64,000 nucleotides of DNA from Macrostomum hystrix. Lineage: Eukaryota > Animalia > Platyhelminthes. The stretch is from the NCBI GenBank assembly GCA_950097015.1, contig CATNEN010000029.1, forward strand, positions 1,054,001 to 1,118,000. The letters are read 5' to 3'. The notes beneath the pieces were generated by a model. It had not been told where the DNA came from, did no database searches, and saw nothing but the letters and a program-made list of their open reading frames with translations. This document shows, piece after piece, positions 56,201 through 64,000 of this stretch. How positions within the stretch are numbered: position 1 is the stretch's first letter; each line of letters opens with the position of its first letter. A program made the position numbers and the translations under genes.

Positions 56201-57074
56201 TATGTAGATGTCAGTGAGTATCTAGATGTCAGTGAGTATCTAGATGTCAGTGAGTATGTAGATGTCAGTGAGTATGTAGATGTCAGTGAGTATGTAGATG
56301 TCAGTGAGTATCTAGATGTCAGTGAGTATCTAGATGTCAGTGAGTATCTAGATGTCAGTGAGTATGTAGATGTCAGTGAGTATCTAGATGTCAGTGAGTA
56401 TCTAGATGTCAGTGAGTATGTAGATGTCAGTGAGTATGTAGATGTCAGTGAGTATCTAGATGTCAGTGAGTATCTAGATGTCAGTGAGTATCTAGATGTC
56501 AGTGAGTATGTAGATGTCAGTGAGTATCTAGCTGTCAGTGAGTATCTAGCTGTCAGTGAGTATCTAGATGTCAGTGAGTATCTAGCTGTCAGTGAGTATC
56601 TAGATGTCAGTGAGTATCTAGATGTCAGTGAGTATCTAGATGTCAGTGAGTATCTAGCTGTCAGGAAGTTCAAAAATGCCAATAAGAAATGCTGACGCAT
56701 TGTTTCCACCCTGTCCAACACAAAGGTGGACGCCTACGGTTCGCAGAACTCATTCGGCCTCTATAACATGGTTGGCAACGTGTGGGAATGGACAGCCAAC
56801 AGGTGGGATAGGGAAGAATACGATTCTGTGGCGCCTACCGATGAGATGACAAAGAAGGGCGGATCGTTTATGTGCCACAAGGTGATACACACAAGCCAAT
56901 ACTTTATTTTTTCACAGAGCCAAAGCAATTAATTGAGAAAGTGTAACAATTTACACCTGTCAATTCCTATTGCAGAGCTACTGCTATCGCTACAGGTGCG
57001 CCGCCAGATTGCATAACACAGCCGACACTTCCAGTGCAAATGCCGGCTTCCGGTGTGCCAGCGATGCAAACTGA
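53248..57074 (+). CDS. SUMF1: Formylglycine-generating enzyme (sulfatase-modifying factor 1), 4 exons, about 350 aa
   Basis: Exons 53248-53800, 54442-54686, 56726-56881, 56976-57074. Signal-peptide-like start, [116 protein letters not shown]. Confidence 0.94.
53870..54400. repeat. Pyrimidine-rich 19-bp minisatellite in SUMF1 intron 1
   Basis: Unit catcctctgccgcc(c/t)atca with degenerate tcccatcctc flanks. Confidence 0.9.
54893..55650. repeat. 32-bp minisatellite in SUMF1 intron 2
   Basis: Unit gacaggttagcagacaaattaacggactaaat, about 23 copies. Confidence 0.95.
56098..56662. repeat. 18-bp minisatellite in SUMF1 intron 2
   Basis: Unit agatgtcagtgagtat(c/g)t, about 31 copies. Confidence 0.95.
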
Positions 57075-57349
57075 CCACCGGTGTAATAACGGTCTTCGAT
57101 AAAGAAGTCGCCTATATGTATCGAAAAAGTCAACGAGATTTCATGATATGTAGCATAATATTCTACAATTTTCTCTTTTTTTCGTAATGCACATCTTTCA
57201 TTTGGCGCGAATGTTTCGTCAGCTCAATGCGTCAGTGTCAAATTGTCTATTAATAGTTTTGCTATTGTGCATTGTTGCTTCCTAGCTTATGTTGACGTAG
57301 GCTAGTTGTTTTTAGATTTGATCTACTTTGTTAGATTCTTTCCTACTTA

Positions 57350-58100
57350 TTTAGATGGAATCGCAGCAGGAACCGTAGCTGGAATCGCAGCAGTAACCGT
57401 AGCTGGAATCGCAACAGGAACCGTAGCTGGAATCGCAGCAGTAACCGTAGCTGGAATCGAAGCAGGAACCGTAGGTTGATTCGTAGCAGGAGCTGTTGCT
57501 GGAATCGCAGCAGGAACCGTAGCTATAATCGCAACAGGAACCGTAGTTGGAATCGCAGCAGTAACCGTAGCTGGAATCGAAGCAGGAACCATAGCTGGAA
57601 TCGAAGCAGGAACCATAGCTGGAATCGAAGCAGGAACCATAGCTGGAATCGAAGCAGTAACCATAGCTGGAATCGCAGCAGGAACCGTAGCTATAATCGC
57701 AACAGGAACCATAGCTGGAATCGCAGCAGGAACCGTAGCTATAATCGCAACAGGAACCATAGCTGGAATCGCAGCAGTAACCGTAGCTGGAATCGAAGCA
57801 GGAACCGTAGCTGGAATCGCAGCAGTAACCGTAGCTGGAATCGCAGCAGTAACTGTTGCTGGAATCGAAGCAGGAACCGTAGCTGGAATCGCAGCAGTAA
57901 CCGTAGCTGGAATCGAAGCAGGAACCGTAGCTGGAATCGCAGCAGGAACCGTAGCTGGAATCGCTGAAGGAACCTTAGCTGGAATCGCTGAAGGAACCTT
58001 AGCTAGAATATAAGTAGGAATCGTAGCTAGATTCGTAGCCGCAGCAGGAGTCATAGCAAGAATAGCAGCAGGAACCGTAGCTAGAATCAAATCAGGAACC
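57350..58100. repeat. 24-bp minisatellite downstream of SUMF1
   Basis: Unit gctggaatcgcagcaggaaccgta, about 28 copies; stop-free in one minus-strand frame. Confidence 0.95.
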
Positions 58101-59269
58101 GTAAATATATGTTTGAATTGTCAATTGTACAATAAGACCATATTGAAAGGTGCTAAAATGTGCTCAGACACAATGCACTTCCCTTTTTTATAGTAATTAC
58201 TTTATAGAGTTAATCTTTATCATGATATTTTATTGCAGATTGATTTTGAGGAACGTGATTGATTAAGAAGAGGAGAAGAAATAAACGATTTCTAAGCCTT
58301 TTAAGTGTCACAATTTTTTTTCTTATCCTAGTACTCTACTGGCTTCTAGTTAGAATGTACTAAATTTAATAGAATGCACTTTAATGGCCTTCATCTGTAA
58401 CTCCTAGCTGTAGTAGCCAGTCTTCCCTTTGCCGCCACGCCCATAGCAACAGAAAATGAAATGCTTGCAGCGCACTGCAGCCAGGAGAGAGAGACAGAAG
58501 ATAGGCAGAATTGAGCAGACCTGCTTAAATTCCCCAGCTCATTCCCGCTCTCTTTGACACAGGAACTGTACACCTTTTGGCCTTCCAAGTACTTTCCCCA
58601 CCCGTCACAAAACCTAGGGGGGAGCCGTTGTAATCCCCTCTCTCACCCTTCCTCTCCCCTCGCCCTAGCGATAAAAAAGAGCACACGACTCAATATTATT
58701 CTTTATAGCTTCAATATTGCAAGCGATACCAAAATTGAAAAGGATTTCTTAAAAGCACTATAGAGACCATTTCTCAATCTAGAGGAATACGGTGAGTTGT
58801 TACAGCCAGTAAGCTCTTCCACACTTAAAAAACAACTGTTCAATAAGTCCGCTCTACCCCTGCAACCTTGCTGTATTTCAGCTTTGACTTGGTTCTTGCT
58901 TGAAACAGTTTTTCTTAATACACTGGCTTTTCTTCTAGGAGATCTGAAAATTTCTCCACTCTCGGACTACATTCTGTTTGCTCATAAGAGCCTCATTTTG
59001 CAGAAAGAAAATTTTTCTTCCGTCTTTGTCGTCGCTATCCGTCGCTATCCGTCGCTATCCATTGCTATCTATCTGCGGGCTTAACATTTGTAGTTAGCCA
59101 AAAATAATAATTCGGCTCTCTCGCTCTAAGGTGGCTAATTATGGTAAGATTATTAACAATCTAAATATATATACTGCCTGTGTGTTTAATACCATAATCT
59201 GGGTTTAATGCTGTTAATCAGAAGATGACTAACACCTAAACCTTACTATCTTACTATATTAATAATCTT

Positions 59270-61152
59270 ACTATCAAAGCTGTACACAGTAGTCTACTAT
59301 CAGATCTGTACACAGTAGTCTACTATCAGATCTGTACACAGTAGTCTACTATCAAATCTGTACACAGTAGTCTATCATCAAATCTGTACACAGTAATCTA
59401 CTATCAAATCTGTACACAGTAGTCTACCATCAAATCTGTACACAGTAGTCTACCATCAAATCTGTACACAGTAGTCTACCATCAAATCTGTACACAGTAG
59501 TCTACCATCAAATCTGTACACAGTAGTCTACCATCAAATCTGTACACAGTAGTCTACCATCAAATCTGTACACAGTAGTCTACCATCAAATCTGTACACA
59601 GTAGTCTACCATCAAATCTGTACACAGTAGTCTACCATCAAATCTGTACACAGTAGTCTACCATCAAATCTGTACACAGTAGTATACCATCAAATCTGTA
59701 CACAGTAGTCTACCATCAAATCTGTACACAGTAGTCTACCATCAAATCTGTACACAGTAGTCTACCATCAAATCTGTACACAGTAGTCTACCATCAAATC
59801 TGTACACAGTAGTCTACCATCAAATCTGTACACAGCAGTCTACTATCAAATCTGTACACAGTAGTCTACCATCAAATCTGTACACAGTAGTCTACCATCA
59901 AATCTGTACACAGTAGTCTACCATCAAATCTGTACACAGTAGTCTACCATCAGATCTGTACACAGTAGTCTACCATCAAATCTGTACACAGCAGTCTACT
60001 ATCAAATCTGTACACAGTAGTCTACCATCAAATCTGTACACAGTAGTCTACCATCAAATCTGTACACAGTAGTCTACCATCAAATCTGTACACAGTAGTC
60101 TACCATCAAATCTGTACACAGTAGTCTACCATAAAATCTGTACACAGCAGTCTACTATCAAATCTGTACACAGTAGTCTACCATCAAATCTGTACACAGT
60201 AGTCTACCATCAAATCTGTACACAGTAGTCTACTATCAGATCTGTACACAGTAGTCTACTATCAAATCTGTACACAGTAGTCTACCATCAAATCTGTACA
60301 CAGTAGTATACCATCAAATCTGTACACAGTAGTATACCATCAAATCTGTACACAGTAGTCTACCATCAAATCTGTACACAGTAGTCTACCATCAAATCTG
60401 TACACAGTAGTCTACCATCAAATCTGTACACAGTAGTCTACCATCAAATCTGTACACAGTAGTCTATCATCAAATCTGTACACAGTAGTCTACCATCAAA
60501 TCCGTACACAGTAGTCTATCATCAAATCTGTACACAGTAGTCTACCATCAAATCTGTACACAGTAGTCTACTATCAAATCTGTACACAGTAGTCTACCAT
60601 CAAATCTGTACACAGTAGTCTACTATCAAATCTGTACACAGTAGTCTAACATCAAATATGTACACAGTAGTCTAACATCAAATCTGTACACAGTAGTATA
60701 CCATCAAATCTGTACACAGTAGTCTACCATCAAATCTGTACACAGTAGTCTACTATCAAATCTGTACACAGTAGTCTACCATCAAATCTGTACACAGTAG
60801 TCTACTATCAAATCTGTACACAGTAGTATACCATCAAATCTGTACACAGTAGTCTACTATCAAATCTGTACACAGTAGTATACCATCAAATCTGTACACA
60901 GTAGTCTACTATCAAATCTGTACACAGTAGTCTACTATCAAATCTGTACACAGTAGTATACCATCAAATCTGTACACAGTAGTATACCATCAAATCTGTA
61001 CACAGTAGTCTACCATCAAATCTGTACACAGTAGTCTACTATCAAATCTGTACACAGTAGTCTACTATCAAATCTGTACACAGTAGTCCACTATCAAATC
61101 TGTACACAGTAGTCTACCATCAAATCTGTACACAGTAGTCTACCATCAAATC
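59270..61152. repeat. 26-bp homogeneous minisatellite upstream of ABCB1
   Basis: Unit tcaaatctgtacacagtagtctac(c/t)a, about 72 copies. Confidence 0.97.
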
Positions 61153-61404
61153 TGTACACAGTACTCTACCATCCTATTGACCATTCTGTACAGAAAGTTT
61201 CTAATTTACAGTTTTCATATTTTCATATCGCTTTAGTATTTGGAATTATTGCTTGCTGTTTACAAAGAATCATTTAAAGTAAAAATCTATGCCTTAGTGA
61301 AAAAATCTAACCATTATGATCCTTGATTCTAACTGCAGTTTTCTTTTCTCTGTACTGTAATTTAATCAAACTGTCTATCTTTACAGGTTACTAAATCGTA
61401 CACC

Positions 61405-63575
61405 ATGGCAGAGCGGAAGGAGTAAGTCATAATTATTGCGTATTGTCGTCATCGATCGTTCGTTTCCTTTATACTTCTAGACTGATTAACAGTACCTTTA
61501 CTTATGTTGTTTTAGTCTATGGCCAGAACTCTATTCTCTTGCCCCGTTGTCCTGACCGTTAATTGGTTTTATTCGTTGTCATTTATTTCTTTTAAGTTTC
61601 TTACTTTTACTAAATGTTTATTTATCTACTTATACTTAAAGGTGTATTAGTTATTATGTAACACTATGTTATAATTTAGGTAGCATGTTGGTTCTGTACA
61701 ATTAACTTCTTCGTATTTTAAGAAATTAGTTTCTTTAAAACAAACTGAGTATTGTTTTGTCACAATTTATTTTAATCTTTGAAATGAATCAATCTATTGC
61801 TTCCCCAATACCCCTCTATCTTCGTTTCCTTATTCATCCCCTCTCCCTCCTCCCCTCTCTCCCCCTCCTCTCTCTACCCCTCCCCTCTCTCATCCTCCCC
61901 TTTCTCATCCTCCCCTTTCTCATTCTCTCATCTCTCATTCTCCAATCTCTCATTCTCCCATCTCTCCTATTCCATCCCTCTCCCCTCCTCCTACGAGTAC
62001 TCTCCCCTCTTTCTTTCGTCTCTCGTCACAATTCATTTTCTCGATAGAACGTACTTTCTGTTGCTCTTTCTTGTATTTTTTCTAAAATACCTCTTTTCTT
62101 TCGCACCCGTTATCTTTCAGTGTTAATCTTTTACCTGTGCTCTTTCATTTGAAAAGTTATTCATCTCGCCTTCCACGCTGGCACTCATCGCACTAAATGA
62201 AAGCTAGTTTAAAAGTTAAGAAAAGCTTCAAGAAGAGAAAGAGAAGAGAGAGAGAATGAGAATGAGAATGAGAGGGAGAGAACGCACAGATTCCCGTCTT
62301 GGGGTCTGACATCACGCCAAGACGAGTTCGTTCTATTGTTCGCTCTCTCCTTCTCGGCCATTGTTGAGGCCATTTACTGTGCTCAAAACTGTGCTCTCCG
62401 CCTTTCAAACCAATATCGCCAGTTTTAATTAGCCAATCTGTTCTGTAGCTTCTCCAACACTTTATATAAGCGACGACTGTAGCAGCAGAATAAGAAAATC
62501 TTTTTCTTTTCGCTGTTCTGCTAGCCATTTTTATTACTGACACCAAAAAGTACAGGTTCAGTTTAGGCTTAGAATTGTAAGCCGAACAAAGACTTGGCTT
62601 ATTATTAACTAAATCAGGCTAAAATATGTTTTTTGTGCCCAGTAAAAAAACGTAGGTTGTGCTGTGCCGTTTTTCCTCTGCTTGTGTTTTTTTATTGGTG
62701 TCTTGTTGTATAATTGAATTGATTTTATAATCATCAACATGAAATCATTTATCATTCCAGAGATGGGGACAAGAATAAGCCTCAAGAGACTGTGCCCATG
62801 TACAAGCTGGTGAGTAACTTGCTAACCTCATTTCTTTGAACTGTTAAACATTTTTTGTGTTCTGTGGCGCTTTTTGCCGCCACGCTAAGCTGCCTACTAT
62901 ACCGTGTTACTCATACATTCTTCCAAGCCTTCTCTATTCTAGTCTTCTTCCTCTCCCTCTCCCCTTCCCATCTAAACTGAGGATTTAGGATCTCTTCCTG
63001 AGGATTTGGAATCTCTTCAGTGAGCATTTAGGATCCCTTCAGTGAGGATTTGGGATCCCTTCAGTGAGGATTTGGGATATCTTCACTGAATCTTAAGTCA
63101 GCATTTGGAATATCTTGAGTGAGGCTTTGGGATATATTCAGTGAAGACCTCTCTGGGATCACAGAAGATCTAGTCTGTTATTGAAATATTTCGCATGTTT
63201 TGGGATAAAAATCCCTCGCTTTATCGCCAACGGAATCCAGTTCCGCTACGCGGACGGCCGGGACATTTTCTGCATCATCGCTGGCTCGATTTTCGCCGCC
63301 GGCCATGGCGTCGGCTGGCCGCTGATCTCCATTATCTTCGGCGAGATGACCAACGATTTTGTGAAAAAGGACACGTTGAACACCACCAGCATGACGTCAT
63401 CCTCAGCCTCCTGGGGCAACCTGACCGGCTTCAACTTCGAAGAGTCCATGTCCCGCTACTGCCTGTACTATGCCCTGATTGGCATAGCCGTATTCATCGG
63501 CTCCCACTTCCAGGTGATGTTCTGGCAGATTGCCTGCGAACGCCAGGTGCACCGACTGCGCCAGGCCTTCTTTAG
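61405..63575 (+). CDS. ABCB1: ABCB1/P-glycoprotein-type ABC transporter, first three coding exons (gene continues beyond window)
   Basis: Exons 61405-61421 (gtaagt), 62761-62809 (gtgagt), 63241-63575 (gtgagc) splice in frame: MAERKEDGDKNKPQETVPMYKLFRYADGRD..CIIAGSIFA.GHG.GWP...IIFGEMT.DF...Y...IG..VFI....QV.FW..ACERQ..RLR..FF. This is the typical ABCB1 TM1-2 start. Confidence 0.85.
62990..63140. repeat. Degenerate 22-bp repeat in ABCB1 intron 2
   Basis: Unit cagtgaggatttgggatccctt, about 5 copies. Confidence 0.75.
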
Positions 63576-63611
63576 GTGAGCTGAAATTGCAGCTAGCTTC
63601 AGTTAATAATT

Positions 63612-63766
63612 AATAATAGCTGTTCAGTCCATGGACTGGGGGGACGCCACAGCAACCCTCTATTACCCTGGTTGTAGGACACAAATTGTTCCAGAGGAGT
63701 CGGGGAATCGAACCCCCGACCTTTAATTCGCGAGTCCGACGCTCTAACCACTAGGCTACAATCCCT
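63612..63766 (-). mobile_element. SINE family B copy with internal deletion, in ABCB1 intron
   Basis: The minus strand reads agggattgtagcctagtggttagagcgtcggactcgcgaattaaaggtcgggggttcgattcccc (tRNA-like head), then gtggcgtcccccagtccatggactgaacagc. Confidence 0.8.
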
Positions 63767-63860
63767 GCAGATGTATAGCCTTTGGCACAGCCGCAGCTCT
63801 ATAATTTACTTGCATACGCACATGTACACTAAAGCTAGACTAGAATAATGAAAATTATGA

Positions 63861-64000
63861 GGGGGTCGGTGGCAGAGCGGTTAACGCGTTTGCCTCTCGC
63901 ACCACGGTCCCTAAGTTCGATTCCACGGCGAGGCCACATTTATTTGGAGAGAAGGCTTGGGGGCTTGTCGTGCAATTTACGCCCTTGAGGGCCAACCACC
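63861..64000 (+). mobile_element. SINE family A copy truncated by the window end
   Basis: gggggtcggtggcagagcggttaacgcgtttgcctctcgcacc, aagttcgattcc, gtgcaatttacgcccttgagggccaacc. Confidence 0.85.

Noticed and set aside
59270-61152. CRISPR-like regular array (also considered for 41365-41785 and 54893-55650)
   Set aside because: Units are head-to-tail with no unique spacers, there are no cas genes, and the context is eukaryotic.
63690-63766. Intact tRNA-Ala gene (also the heads at 4675-4746 and 2446-2528)
   Set aside because: The anticodon and acceptor stems do not pair, there is no T-run terminator, and the sequences continue into SINE bodies.

Overview
Eukaryotic (animal) genomic DNA with GC-rich exons, AT-rich spacers and spliceosomal GT-AG introns. 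The style (poly-Q/poly-A exons, minisatellite-filled introns) resembles the free-living flatworm Macrostomum, which is an inference only. Eight protein-coding genes could be spliced together by hand: a WS/DGAT-family acyltransferase-like gene (+), phospholipase D (PLD1-like, -), then six co-oriented + genes: CDC16/APC6, a glutaredoxin-like gene, a divergent DNA-binding-domain-only IRF-like transcription factor, NUP155, SUMF1 and the 5' end of an ABCB1-type transporter. Roughly a quarter of the window (hand estimate about 16 kb) is about 30 minisatellite arrays, nearly all with their own unit. There are also two tRNA-derived SINE families (about 9 and about 6 copies, the second with a CORE/MIR-like domain), a hAT-type MITE, a foldback/MULE-type MITE and a Helentron-like repeat. 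Most interesting: (1) a SINE 5' end amplified into about 45 tandem Pol III A-box-like units; (2) the IRF-like gene; (3) a candidate trans-spliced/polycistronic run of six genes; (4) arrays apparently seeded from adjacent functional sequence (stop-codon region, splice sites, SINE head, transposon arms); (5) an acyltransferase with the catalytic His replaced by Pro. Three +1 frameshifts in two genes are most likely assembly errors. No CRISPR array, rRNA or intact tRNA gene was found. Most long ORFs in the supplied track are repeat artefacts or antisense shadows.
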